DNA of 64,000 nucleotides, taken from positions 3,851,404 to 3,915,403 of the forward strand of contig CAJFCJ010000007.1 of the NCBI GenBank assembly GCA_904063045.1, in the 5' to 3' direction. Made by a program: the position numbers and the translations under genes. Shown here in pieces: positions 1 to 12,855 of this stretch (position 1 is its first letter; the number at the start of each line of letters is the position of its first letter). Under the pieces are notes generated by a model that had not been told where the DNA came from, did no database searches, and saw nothing but the letters and a program-made list of their open reading frames with translations. Origin of the DNA: Dimorphilus gyrociliatus (taxonomy: Eukaryota > Animalia > Annelida).

Positions 1-343
1 ATCTTCACTATTTATCACTCTAAAAGTAAAATATTTAGAATGACTGAGCAATACGGGTATATAAACTATACCAGTTTTCGCAAGAAGCTCGTAGCTCGTT
101 GAGGCCGTGAGCTGACTACTTTTTTAAAATAACTAATGCAGTTTTGACTTATAGTTTGCGTTATAATAATAAATATGATGTATTTTCTATTGTCTTACAT
201 ATGTCTAACAAACAATGAGGTTCATGTACAAAGCATATAGCTTAATTTCAGTGTGATGTAAATTTTACTACAAAGAGGGTACATTAAATTGTTTATGATA
301 CAAATTCAATAGAATAAAACAAAAAATTCGGAAAGTTGACATT

Positions 344-1555
344 TTATTTTAAAATACTCAATTTTTCCTTCAACATTAGTTGAGTCTTCGTTAAGTTTGC
401 CAAATATACTACCATCAACAAATCTTTCATATTAGAATTGACAATTGTATCAAACTCTTCAGCGCTTAACTTTGGTACGCTGTTAATTAATTCTAATAAA
501 CTTCTGCCTACTTTTGGGTTTGCCTCTAATTCTTTTTTAGTAACTTTATCAACATAGTCCTCAACTTTTTCTAACATGGTCTCAATCTGCTCCGAAGCCT
601 TGGCTACTTGTTCCATATCGCTACGAACCGAAACGACTTTACGTGGTAGACTCTTCGCTTGGGAAATAGTGTGAAAAGCAACTCTTTCAGCATCTTGGGC
701 AACAATGTCAATATCTAAAGGCGTAAATATAACACCTTGAGCTTTGCCAGATATTCCAACAGCAGATCCAATGTAGCCTTGAATGTTCATTCTGTTATTC
801 TTTAGAGATGTGTCTACTGTTATATGTATCGGTTGTTTACACTCCAAAGAGTAATATTCGTGAATTAAACGGGAATGGGCAGTAACTTCATTTCCAGTTG
901 AGTACCTATAACACAATGCAATCAAAATTCAGCTATATAGTAAATAACAGACTAGTTACCATCCAACAACAGTTTCCCAAGGGGTTACTCGTTTATATAA
1001 ATCAAACATTCCTTTAGCATATTCAATATCAACTGCAACCTATAAATATTTAACATAAATTAAAACGAGGAAATGTGGTAAATTATGAAATTAGGAAGTA
1101 AAGAATATAGCAAGTATTGAAGTTTCCCTCAACCCATATTCCTTGTATGAAATATTTCCTATCTATTAAAACATATGTATATCTATATGTATTGCAGGAA
1201 GCATATTAATACTGTGTCTAAGTTTATTTCTAAGATAAATATTAAACATCATTCATATTTTGATTTACTATACCTCATCAGCTGATTCATTGTGAGGAAC
1301 TGTAAAACAATTTGTAATTTCTACCACATTCTTGTCAACGATTCCTGTAATAGTTTAATGAGTGATAAATGAGTAGCATGCCGCCGAAAGTATGTTGGAT
1401 AAAATATTTGGAAATAACATAAATTCAATTATAATAGTAATATTACCTAAGAGTGTTCCGATTACCCTCTTTGGGTCTTCACTTCTACGTTCATAAGAAT
1501 CTACGATATTGAATAAAACCAGAGGATGAACCTTTACTTCCAGTGCAGAAGCCAT
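344..1555 (-). CDS. EIF3F: Eukaryotic translation initiation factor 3 subunit F (MPN domain); exons 1555-1447, 1344-1274, 1039-960, 905-344
   Basis: Spliced product [24 protein letters not shown]...[62 protein letters not shown]... matches the eIF3f/Rpn8-type MPN signature. The C-terminal [16 protein letters not shown] is eIF3f-like. All three introns are GT-AG and in phase. Confidence 0.95.
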
Positions 1556-1819
1556 CTTGTAGAAATTTTACGTGAGAGGTGGAAAAATATTAACTGGTAA
1601 TATTTGGCTATTTCGTTACCAGGTTATCGCCACGTGATGAATGTTTTGGGAGAAGCTTGTTCAGCTTTAGTGCACTGAAGTAATTTAAACATATAATTGA
1701 AATATTATATTCTAATAATTTTTTGCTTTCACATAAAGTATGAAACTAACTAACTGATCATTAAGATGAAATACGCATGAAAGCAAAGATTTGATTCAAA
1801 TTCTAATTGCATCAGAAAG
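1556..1819. promoter_or_regulatory. Probable bidirectional promoter between EIF3F and GTF3C1
   Basis: Divergent start codons (1555 minus, 1820 plus) are 264 bp apart. The interval contains an E-box GCCACGTGA (CACGTG at 1631-1636). Function is inferred from geometry only. Confidence 0.55.
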
Positions 1820-4800
1820 ATGGATATCCTTGATTCGACAATTGATGAAGTTGCATTGGAGGGCTTAGATGGTAACACTTTACTGTTAATTAATAATTAT
1901 CAGCCTTTAGGTGAAATTTTCAATTTTTGCACAGGCATAACAATACCATCTCTCTGGATACGCTTGGAAAATCGACGTCCTCCTCTTCAATTCACTCTAG
2001 ATGATAAGGGTAAAAGATTTATATGGAAGTTGTTAGGCCAGAGTGAAGATATTCAATTTTTCAAGTTAAAAAAACCAAGAAGTGATATCAAATATAAAAT
2101 ATTCGGAGAGGACGATGATGAAACTTTAGAGAGAGTTAGTTTTATATTATAGGTTTTTCAATAGCTTTTCATTATATTTCAATATCTTTTAGCAAGTGGA
2201 TGATGAAGACAACATATACTCTTTCAAGCTTATAAGAGATGGGGATGTTGTTGGATCATGTGAAGAGTATCAAATAAGACAAGACATAACTAAGGCAGCC
2301 GGAAAGATACCCCTTGAAAAAGCTCTCAAAACGTACGGGAGGAATTTAGTTATTGTTGCCAGCCAAACTTGCCGTTATAATGTCCTCTTTGGAAAAACAA
2401 TGCGTCATGATTTGGATATAAATGATAAAATGTATTGTTTTCTTGAGCTGATAGGAAGAGGTCGATGGAATGGTGTTGACACTGGTTATTTAGGAAAAGT
2501 AATGAAAGTCGATTCAAAATATACTTTTTATGTCAAAAAACTATTAATAACGTATGGACTTATAAACTCTCAAGTATGGCATGATTCTCAAAAACGAACA
2601 ATGGTCTCCATCCTACAACTTTCAAGATTTCATAGCCTTATGATGTCAAAATTTCAAAGAATTGCCGAAAATATGAGTGATTACCTATTGAGAAAAAAAA
2701 ACAAAAGAGATTCAATGTCAAATGTTATGAATGAATTGGTAAACTAATTAAATTTACGGCTTAATAATCTATAATCCTGATTATGTGTTTTTTTTATCAA
2801 TACTTGCAGGATATTTCATATAGAGATATGAAGAATTTTTTTAGAAACAACGATTTCTCTCAATTTTTTAATAAAAAGTCCATTTCTGTTATAAAATATA
2901 AAGATAGTGAACTAACTGACATTGAATTAAATGCCAGGTTTGTAAAATTAAATTATATAGTATACAATATTTAATTCATTATAAATGCTTTCGTTTCTTT
3001 TGGCTTTCAGTACACCAAATAGAGAAATAAGAATTATTGAACTTAAAAGACCGTTTACTGTTGAAGAATTATTAGAAAAACAAGCAGAGAAAAATAAAAA
3101 CAACGAGGAAGACAATGAGACAAGTTAGTTTAAAGTTTTGTAATAAATCTACTGTCAACTAAATAAATTGTATTTATAGTTGAAGAAAAACCTCTAATTA
3201 TGCGGCAAACTCTTCTGCAACAAATGTTTGACCACGTTGATAGCAAGGAAACTGAAGGAGTATCAACATCAGACTTTATTTGTTTTGGATTTTCAAAATT
3301 GGAATGCAGATCATTATGTTCAAGTTTACATCAGACAGGTTTAGTTGATTGTGTTAAAATCGAAGTTGGAAGACAAAAGAAGGGTCGGTAAGTATCTGTG
3401 TCAGAGGGAGACTTTAAGGTTTCAATAAGATTATATATATCTAATAAGTTAACCTTCTTTCAGGTATATTAGCAAAAGGCATTCGAAACAAGGGTCGAAA
3501 GTAAGTGAATTACGAGAAGAAATGGAAAAAATCTATTTTTATTATAAAGACAAACAAGCTAATAATCCGGCAATAGCTAACATGAAAGAAGAGAATGACT
3601 GTTTAGTTGGAAACTTTTTAAAGAATAGAAACGATCCAAAAAAGCCGCGATATAATAAATTAACTGCCTTAAACGATTCTACAACAAAGACAATAAGAAG
3701 AGCATCTATAGTTCTAGATGCTATTAAAAATGATAAATTGGTAGACGAATTAGCCATCATACAGGTATATTCATAATAATATTTAGTACCACTATAAGTA
3801 TCACAGTTCTATACTTTATTATATTTATTAGACTATAAGAAAAACTGAAAAAGAAGCCGGCTTATCTGGTACTATGGATAAAAAATCATTTCAGAGACTA
3901 TTAAATAAACTAGAGGATTCCGGTTATTTAAAGAAAATTAATATTCATACTAATGACGAAAAGAGTAAAGAAGTCAAACTAGTTTGCCATTACACTGTTC
4001 AAGAACAAGATGAAATTGTTCAGAATTTTACCTGTATGCTGGAAAAGACGAATCTATCGCCGATTAAAAAAGAAGATAGGAAAGATAAATCGTTTTTTAA
4101 CGTTGATATGATTGTTGGAGATGATAGTTCTAGAAGTTTCGAACCAAAATTTTCCCCCGTTTGTATTAATTATAAGAAAATATATCAATTCACATTAAAT
4201 TTATAACAGAATGCTCACGTTCTTTATGGATATAAACCAAAAATGCTTAGATATAAACTATTTCATGAATTCCTCTGGTATTTAACCAGATATAATGGAA
4301 AAAAGGCTGACAATGAACCAGCATGGCGAGATTTCATACCGAAATTAACAGTTAAAAAGTGTATGTTTATAAATTTAATAAAATGCTAGTATTTCATATT
4401 TAAAAAAAATATTTTACAGATGCTGGGGACAAGTCAAACGAAGGATGGTGTTTAAGTGGTGAAGTTTTAACGCTTATTCCTTTAAGTTTACTCTGTAATA
4501 TTTATCAGATAAGATATGAGGTAAGTTTATTTATAATTAATAATGCAAATGCAAGAAAATTCTCAACGTTTTACATTAATTTTATCATAAAGATCGATGA
4601 CTTGGAAATGAATTTAAGAGATTCAAATACAATGTTTACTCCTCTAAAAGATTTACCTTCTGAATTAAAGAACAAATTATGCTATAAAAAAAGATATAAA
4701 CAGTCATTTAAACAGGTAAGTTTTCTATAAATTTATGATTTTTTGATTGTATGTATTGACATTTAGTATATATTATGTTTTTATTATTAGATTCTTTACG

Positions 4801-7800
4801 ATCTCTGCCACCTTGGTCTTATATCTCTAGGTAATAGGCAACAATACCACGAAGCTGAAAGGGTTAGTTGTTAATATTTTTATTGTAAATTCTTTTATAT
4901 ATTATATTTATATTCTCATTTTATAGACATTTATCTACGTACATAAAAAACTAAAGATTATTGATACGAGAGACGAAAATCGCAGAGAGCATTTATTCAC
5001 GCTAAATACTTATGACGATTGGGTTGACTATTGGAAATTTCTTGAGACTGTATGTTTGGAAACAAAACCTCAAAAACATCTAAATAATGCTGGTGCTGGT
5101 CAAAGTAAAAAAATTGTATGTTTCGTTAAAATATTATTATAAATGAATTAATAATTTACGCTTATTTTTACTTTATTTTTTAGAAAGTAGCTAGTTATAA
5201 CTTAAAGAATAGCGAAAAGGGAAAAAGCGATAATGAGGTGCGTATTTTGTTTTTCATAATTTTCTTTGATAATAAGGAAGTGTTTACTTCAATAATAGAT
5301 AATTGATGTTGGTAATATACCGGGAGACGGATCTGGAGCAGGTGGATTCGACAGTCTACTTTATACACACATGACAAGAAATTGGTATCCACCTGATTGT
5401 GTTAAAGAATCAAAAAAGAGAAAACCTATACAAGTAAAAACACCTGCTCCTATTGCAACTAAGAGAGTATCGTCATCTCTCTCAACTCTTAAACGAAGAA
5501 AATATCCAAGGATCCAAAATTCTGTCGTTAGTGCTATCCAAGCAAAAGCTAGAAAAACTCTTAAAAAAGTTATTAAACCGGATAGAAGATTAAGAACAGG
5601 TGAATTTTCTAATCATTCTGTCTTTTTTACCACTCTTTAACATGTTATTATCAATACCTTTTTCCTTAGATGAAACTGATAGAAAGGTCAAAATGCTACT
5701 TAAAATGAGAGATGTTTTAAGAATACGATGGAGTAAAGAAGAAGACGAAATAGTAAATTTTCTTCATAATTTAAACAAAAGCTTCTATAACCCTTTTTGT
5801 TATTCTTCTACAGCTCTTAATGTGCAAAGTAGCTAATAATTTATTAATGAAGAGTTGGGTTTTCAGCATACCTAAACAGGCTGTAAGAGATGCTCTGCAT
5901 AAATATTCACCTGTTAGTAATTTTTTAAAAGACTTCTTTTTTTTATGTAAACAATAAATCGACTTGTATTTCTTTCTAGATATCTAAAAATAAAACATCT
6001 GACGCTTGTCTTAAAAGAATTCACCATATGGGTAGAACTGGAACAACTACTCATAAAAAGATTGCTCTATATGTGAATGAATTTAGAATGAATAGGAATT
6101 TAGTTAAAGAATATTGTTCACTGGAAACTTCCGCCAGTGTTTCATTCCAATTTATAAATTCAGCTTTTAGTAGTTTAATTGAATTCTTAATCGAAAAATT
6201 CAGGTATAAAAATACTAATTTTTATTATTGTTTTTATATAATATGTGTATTTTGTTTTCATGCATAGGCCTAATGAATATTTAACTAATGGTTGTCCTAT
6301 AAACTATCAACTAAAAACTTTAAAAGATTTGAAAAAGAATTTTGAAATTGATAGAAACTATACTAACGAATCAGTAGTAGAAAATCATTCATTAAACACT
6401 AAGGAAGATGCTCATTATCACGTTTTACGAAGTTATATACACGTATGTATTTAATGATTTAAATTTCATTGTTTCTTCTATTATTCACTAATATGTTTGT
6501 TACGATAATAAATAGAGTGCTTTGGTTGCTGGGGATAAGAAGAAAAGGGATACAGAACTTTATAAAGCATTTAAACAATATAGTGATCCTCTTCTTAGAA
6601 AAGTTATCAACGATATGAAAGAAGATGGAATGATAATAAGAGCTAAGAAAGCGGTAAATAAAACTATGTTACTTTATATTCTTTATTTAATCTTGTCTAA
6701 AATTATTACAGCGAACAATATCGTCTAGCTGCACATTATTTACTTATTCATCTATAGGACAATTTCACGTGGCTCAAAGATACGACTATGTATTTTTCTC
6801 AAAATACGATGTCGATTTATGCACCAAAATAGTTGCCTTAATCAATCAATTAAAGAGGGATAAACAATTAAACTTTAACGAGACAAATGAAGCGTCAAGT
6901 GCACTTTGCACATCCTTAATGGCGAACGATAATAGCCACCTAGAGGTATCGTTAAAGAACCGTGAAAAAGAAAGGGCTTATAGAAAAAGAAAAGCTAATT
7001 ATGTAAGCTGGTCAGTTCGATTAGCAATAGAAGATGAACGAATCGAAGAAACCAATACAAACGACATTGCACAGTATAACTATAATAAAAAACTGAGAAT
7101 TCATAAGGATACGGTCGCAGAAGTATTAAGTCTTATGCCCAGAGTTAATCTAACACCACCGAACGTTGAAGAAGCATCTTTAGATCGCCTATCTCGGAAT
7201 ATTTATAAAATTATATTAGAAAAAGATTGGATAGGAGCGGATAAAGATGAACTTAACGTGAGTGATATATTAGGGATTGATCTAAATATATTCATATTTA
7301 TTCGTTTATCTCGACTCTTCATTTCAGCTTAATTATTATTTATTGCTCTCTTTTTAGGCACATCTCAGAAAATCGAGTCCTAAAGATATTCAGAAAAGAG
7401 TTAATGCTTTAATTAAATTGAATTACGTAAGAGTTTATTTGATCAATTGAAGTAATTGGCTATTGTGACTTTTTTTCGTTCTAAAATAGGTTGCTCAAGC
7501 TGGCCGATATAAAATTACATACGTTGCTACGAAATGTATGAGACCGTGGCTGTTAAATGCATCGGAATTGCTTGGTGAAAAGGAAGATAGTCCGCCTGTC
7601 AAAACAACTGAAGAGGAAATGAAGGATAACGATAATTCTATTGACATGAAACCAATTATTACGGACGAAGAAGTTGTGTCGAAAAGATATAGGCAGGTTC
7701 AATTTGCTCCGAGACCTTGGATGACACCCGAAGCGTCGCTAAATAAAGTATCGTTAAAGAGAATGCTTTTTTCCGTCCTCTCAAGAATAACTTGTAATCC

Positions 7801-8068
7801 TGGTGCGACAAAGAAAAAAATATATAATTATTTCCAAAAGAAGTTATGTCCTGTTGAAGTTAGCGAACTACTCGACATCCTCAGAATAATTGGGGCAATT
7901 AAATTCAAATATTTACAAATTCAAGAAAGACCAACGTTATTTTCGAAAAGAAGGAAAATTTCTATTAACGAATCCATTATATTAAATGAAAACAATGACG
8001 AAGTTTATTTAACTGTTAATCCATTGGCGTTTATAAAAGTATCTCAATTTTTTGATGAATTGGGATGA
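1820..8068 (+). CDS. GTF3C1: General transcription factor IIIC subunit 1 (TFIIIC B-box binding subunit), more than 20 exons
   Basis: N-terminus [31 protein letters not shown] matches the GTF3C1 start. Internal motifs include GYKPKMLRYKLFHEFLWYL, GWCLSGEVLTLIPLSL and IPGDGSGAGGFDSLLYTHMTRNW. The C-terminal winged-helix region reads VLSRITCNPG...PVEVSELLDIL. The exons I traced join by short GT-AG introns; not every junction in the 3' third was checked. Confidence 0.92.
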
Positions 8069-8141
8069 ATAAGAAAAATTACTGTTTATTCTGAAAACTT
8101 TGTTAATTAAAAATACATGATTGAACGACTCAGTTCATTAA

Positions 8142-10224
8142 TTACTCCATATCCATTGTCATAAGATCTTCATCAAATGAACTATTCTCTAACTCTTTTT
8201 TTACATTTAAAGGCTGTTTAGAAGTTGTTGGAACCAATTTTGGTTTTACAACCGGTCTTTCCTTCTGTCCTTCAACGACTGTTGGAAGAGTGTATGTTAA
8301 GAAGAAACTTAATAGATTTGTTTATAGAGAGTTACCTTTAGGATTTAAAACATTTCTACTCTCATCGAAATAATGATTTGGGTGATTTGGAGTGAAGCCA
8401 ATATCTTGATTATGTACCATGTCAAAATATTTACCACAAGCTAATTGAGGGTGACCTTTTTTCGAAAATTCTACAATCTATATAGTTAAATAAATAAGAG
8501 GCGGTGTAAAGAATTTCAAAATAGCTCTTACAGTATCAATGCCTTCCCTATTCAGTGACATTCCTTGAAGCCGTTGACGAAGAACAGATGCGTCAGTGTG
8601 TCTGAATGGGCAACCTGTTATAGTATCAATTAAAAAAAAGTTACATATTTTGCCTCAGCCGCTACTAATTTTGTACCGTTGCTTTCACCAGGACCAGGTG
8701 TCATAGAACATATCTTTGAGCATGAGTATGGAGTATAATTAGCCCTCTTACCCTCATGGCCATAATTATGTCTAATATTATACAAGTACTGTTTATCCCA
8801 TTTATCTCCATCCATCTGTTTGCAAAACTCTGTTTTCCAGAATCTAATTGCATCGTTCATGGACAAACCAATTCCTTTTAAGAATAAACCATACTGCATT
8901 CTACCGTTGTGCTTAAGATGATGGTTCGTTTTCAGATTATGATGTAATTGTTGCATACAAGGTGGAAATGATTCTTTAGAAAGTTGATCCAACATTTCCG
9001 GTGTTACTTCCCCGTCTTTTATATTTTTCCTAGTTACATATTCTATACCTATATGACGCTTAGCACAGGCGTCAAGTATTGGACCAAGTCGATCATCTTC
9101 TTCCATAAGCGATAGTGTTTTAGTAGTCAGCTAGCGAACATATGTTTTTTGTTTACAAATATCTTTTTGCGAAATAATATAAACAAATTACACACCACTA
9201 AAGCCGCCGAGATTTTCATTCTAAAATAGTTTTGAATGAGAACAATAACTTCATTGGAGGGTATATATGCTTGACCCTTTTCAATATAAACTTTTCTTGT
9301 TCTTACAAGCTCAATCGCTTCTGTAAAAGGAACCTAGGAAAAGCGAAAACTGAATAATATGCATTGATAAAATTATTAATCAATAAAACCTTATAAAAAT
9401 CAGTATTCAAAGCAAGTGTTGTATTTGATTTATGAATGCTTGGTCTAAAAGTAGATGCAGTCAATTCAGTCAATTTTTCACTCTTTTCACTATCCGAAAT
9501 CTATAAAGGTGAAATATTGTTAAAAATTATAAACTTACGCGATAAACAAATATATTCTTACTGGATTATAATGCATTCGATTTTCTAACATGAATGCTTT
9601 TTGAGCATCGGCAGTCATTAAAGACCATCGAAGCTTGAACAGGTCTAGTTCTTGAGCCAAAAACCATCTTCGTAAATCCTCACTGTATGTCAAAAACAGT
9701 ATTAAAAACTTGAAAATATATTTGTTTAATTAGTATTTAATCTTACGTTCGACAAAACGCTAATCTTAGGATAAAATGAGAAACGTGATCTTTTTTCATG
9801 ACTTTTTCCAAGTTCGCCTCTATGCTATGCTATTTTATGTGAAAAAAATGACTTTTTTATTAATTTGGAAAATAACAGGAAGACTTATGTATTACGTCTT
9901 TTAAACGGAGTGGAAGGCCTTCCAATTTTCCGTTTGCCATTTCCTTTTTGATAGCCATACAGTATTCTTCGCTTCCTTTTACATGCTTTAAGCCAACATT
10001 TTCTACGATCTTTAACACTGAAATGATTATGTTTTATAATTGATGAATTTAAGACCAATTATCTTTAGCTACTTACACTTTATTCTGTCGATAGCATACT
10101 CTTCAAATTCGCTTAAAGATACTTTTTCAGTTGGAGGTTCTTCATATAATTGTAAAATAGAAGAATATCTAAAATTCTTACGAAAGATCTTAGACCTTCT
10201 GGACTTTCCTGAATCGAACTGCAT
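8142..10224 (-). CDS. PRIM2: DNA primase large subunit (p58), multi-exon
   Basis: Starts MQFDSGKSRRSK...LYEEPPTEKVSLSEFEEYAIDRIK (ATG at 10224). Contains KKDHVSHFILRLAFC, SFPPCMQQLH, HHLKHNGRMQYGLFLKGIG, YTPYSCSKI, GCPFRH and HPQLACGKYF (the 4Fe-4S cysteines). Stop TAA at 8144-8142. All introns are GT-AG. Confidence 0.97.
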
Positions 10225-10320
10225 AACTAATTTTAAATTGGGTAGATCTTGGACTGGCTATAAAGAGAGCGATAAAACCGTCATCTACTTTCCCGCGCTA
10301 TTTGTATATAAATAATTTGG

Positions 10321-10328
10321 ACTTCCGG
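10321..10328 (-). promoter_or_regulatory. ETS-family motif CCGGAAGT upstream of PRIM2
   Basis: Exact ACTTCCGG on the plus strand, about 97 bp upstream of the PRIM2 ATG. The same motif lies upstream of INTS1 and PGAP2. Confidence 0.45.
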
Positions 10329-11390
10329 TTAAGAAAGTTTTGCGCTTCTAACAAAAGTGGGAAGTTACAATTTCTTCGAAGAGTCCCAATTCATAACTCA
10401 AAAGTAGGTCAGAAAAATTGTAAGGTCATAAATTATGTAAAACTACAGGCCTATAGTTAAAAGCACACTATTAATAAATAGGGTAGAAATTGAGGTAATT
10501 ATGCAGTATTTTGCCGCTTTTAAGCATGTGCAACGTATCTGGATACATTGTAAAGTAATTTACTAGACGATTAACAGCTTAAATTGACTGTGATATAAAG
10601 GGAGCGTAAATGCAAAACAGCCGATTCTAGATAGTATGTTGGGGCTAACTTCAAGGTAAAGAGGGAGATTAAACTTTATATACATTGACTCTACTTTTTA
10701 TTTAGGTATCGTTTACTTTGAAGTGTTATTTATTTGCGTTCGAAATAAGGTCATTTTCTACTCTTATAGAGATGTTTTCAAATTCGATAATAATAGTTTT
10801 GACCTCGTTTCAACCTGTTCATTTGTGCGTGACATAGTTGAATAGGCCAATCTAATTCTCTTTTCATTAAAATCAACCGTTAGTGTGTCATTTGTCAAAT
10901 CTGATAAAACTTTCAGTTTGACATTTGAAAACAAACGTAAACCTTTAAAATATCTTATAAAAACTTAGTCTGATCGGTTCCTTTATGTTTAACAAATACC
11001 AAACTTTCCTTCTATATAGAGAAAAGAATGGAAACTGTTTAATTTATGCTTAATTTGTTTATTTATAACAGATTTATTGAATATAAAACTCTTGTTATAA
11101 TGATCAGAGAACAAAGAATAGAATATTATAGTTGTCAGAACAATTACAATTTATTAATAAATCTTTTTTATAATGTTCCGTTAAGAGTTGGTTTATATCA
11201 CCACTTTTTATTCTTTCCTTATTTTTACTTTCCCACGTTTAAGCCTATAATACCTTTTGATAAAATATTGTATAATTAAGTTTTTACCTTTCATTCGCCG
11301 CCTTAAAATAAAACATGAGAATTTTTATAAAGAGAATAGAAAACTATCTGAAAATTGTACTTTAATTAAGACGGATTAACTGACAAAATC

Positions 11391-11674
11391 TTACTTTGTT
11401 ACATTTAAGAAATTATAGATGGCGCTTAGAAAACTATTAATATCAAGTGGATTGTGTCTTTCATATTCTTTTTGTAATAATTCAATTCGTTCATTCATAA
11501 ACCTTTCGAAGAGCTCATTCAAACACATTAATCCACCGTATGATACAAAAACGTCTTCGCACATGTCTATTTGATCTAATGAAGCGTTTATTCGGGCTTC
11601 TATCAATATACTTGTTTCACGAATTACAAATATTTGGAAAAGTTCCTTGATTACATATATCTCCCCCCCGACAG
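11391..11674 (-). CDS. Candidate exon of an unidentified gene
   Basis: About 94 open codons after a catatag acceptor: VGGEIYVIKELFQIFVIRETSILIEARINASLDQIDMCEDVFVSYGGLMCLNELFERFMNERIELLQKEYERHNPLDINSFLSAIYNFLNVTK. Composition is protein-like and there are internal donor sites, but I recognise no family and could not build an unambiguous model. Confidence 0.3.
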
Positions 11675-12241
11675 CTATATGTTATACAATTTCCTATAGG
11701 CCTAAGAAAACAACCTGACGAAGCAAATAATTAATATACTTCAGCTCCATCTGTCGTCGACAGGTTAGCATATTCCTAATTACTTGTCAACACTCTTTTA
11801 AAACTTATATTTAGAAAAAAAGTATCAGAGAAGAATAAACTATATTGTTTCTAATAAACTATAGTTTTTTTCTTTAAATTATTTAACAAATATTAAACGA
11901 AGAAATTGTTAAAATGTTGAGCGATAAAGTAGTAGAATAACACTGATGATAGATTGTAACAGGTGCTCGTACGTTATATGAAACATTGCATTATTTGTTT
12001 ACGTGTCATTCGACAAGAGATCTCGGCGGAGAGAGAAACATTCCTCTTCTCCTAGTCGTCATAGATGATTTAGGGTAAGTGTGAATAACCTTAACCCAAA
12101 TAACCAATTCGTGATTCGTTCTTATCAGTTCTAACCTATCAATTGTATAACCTGATCGAAACCATCTTTACCATTTCTGATATTTTATCTTTTTTTTTCT
12201 ATTGTCTATCGCTATTTGAGTTAGGTTTTATTTTCAGTTCC

Positions 12242-12265
12242 ATGATTAAAACTGTTATGGATTAG
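12242..12265 (+). other. 7-codon upstream ORF (MIKTVMD*) in the ARL4 5' UTR
   Basis: ATG ATT AAA ACT GTT ATG GAT TAG ends 2 nt before the ARL4 ATG. It lies just downstream of a predicted 5' UTR intron, 12075-12237 (GTAAGT...TTTTCAG). Confidence 0.55.
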
Positions 12266-12267
12266 AC

Positions 12268-12855
12268 ATGGGGAACGGATTATCCCGAGATAATCCGCGA
12301 CTAGTAATACTCGGCTTGGACTCAGCTGGGAAATCTACTGTTTTATACCGCTTAAAATTTGACCAATACGTTGACAATGTTCCAACTGTAGGATTTAATC
12401 TAGAAAAGATTCGTAGTTCTGCAGGACGGTCCAAGGGTACCGTCTTCCAAGTTTGGGATGTAGGTGGTCAAGAAAAAACAAGATCATTATGGAAAAGTTA
12501 TAGCCGGTCGGCAGACGGTGTTCTTTTTGTTGTCGATTCTGCAGATGAAGAAAGATTGGAGGAGGCTAGGATGGAACTACATAGATTTGCTAATTTAAAG
12601 GAATCTTTAGCCGTCCCAATAATGGTGCTAGCTAATAAACAGGATTTACCATCGGCGTTAAGCGCTGACCAAGTGGGAGAAAAATTGAATCTTAATAGAC
12701 TTCCTCAATCAAAGATCTGCGATATACTAGAAATATGTGCTGTTACAGGCGATGGACTAGAATCTGTGTTTGATGGTATTTTGGAACTAGTAACTAAGAG
12801 ACGTAGGCAATTGAAGCAGAAAAAAGATAAATCGTTTACGACGCTTTTTAGATAG
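12268..12855 (+). CDS. ARL4: ADP-ribosylation factor-like GTPase, ARL4 subfamily; single coding exon, 195 aa
   Basis: Myristoylation start MG, P-loop GLDSAGKS, PTVGFN, WDVGGQEK and NKQD. It has the ARL4-type interswitch insertion (EKIRSSAGRSKGTVFQVW) and a basic C-terminal tail (KRRRQLKQKK). Confidence 0.93.
   Translation: MGNGLSRDNPRLVILGLDSAGKSTVLYRLKFDQYVDNVPTVGFNLEKIRSSAGRSKGTVFQVWDVGGQEKTRSLWKSYSRSADGVLFVVDSADEERLEEARMELHRFANLKESLAVPIMVLANKQDLPSALSADQVGEKLNLNRLPQSKICDILEICAVTGDGLESVFDGILELVTKRRRQLKQKKDKSFTTLFR

Noticed and set aside
1040-1273. Possible H/ACA snoRNA in the longest EIF3F intron (hairpin, ATACAA, second hairpin, ACATTT)
   Set aside because: The ACA lies about 26 nt from the second stem and the first pocket is about 22 nt from the H-like box, against the expected 14-16 nt. 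AT-rich hairpins arise easily by chance. An Infernal/snoGPS scan would settle it.
12268-12855. Intronless ARL4 coding region as a retrogene
   Set aside because: ARL4-subfamily genes generally have a single coding exon, and this one has a predicted 5' UTR intron with no poly(A) remnant or target duplication.
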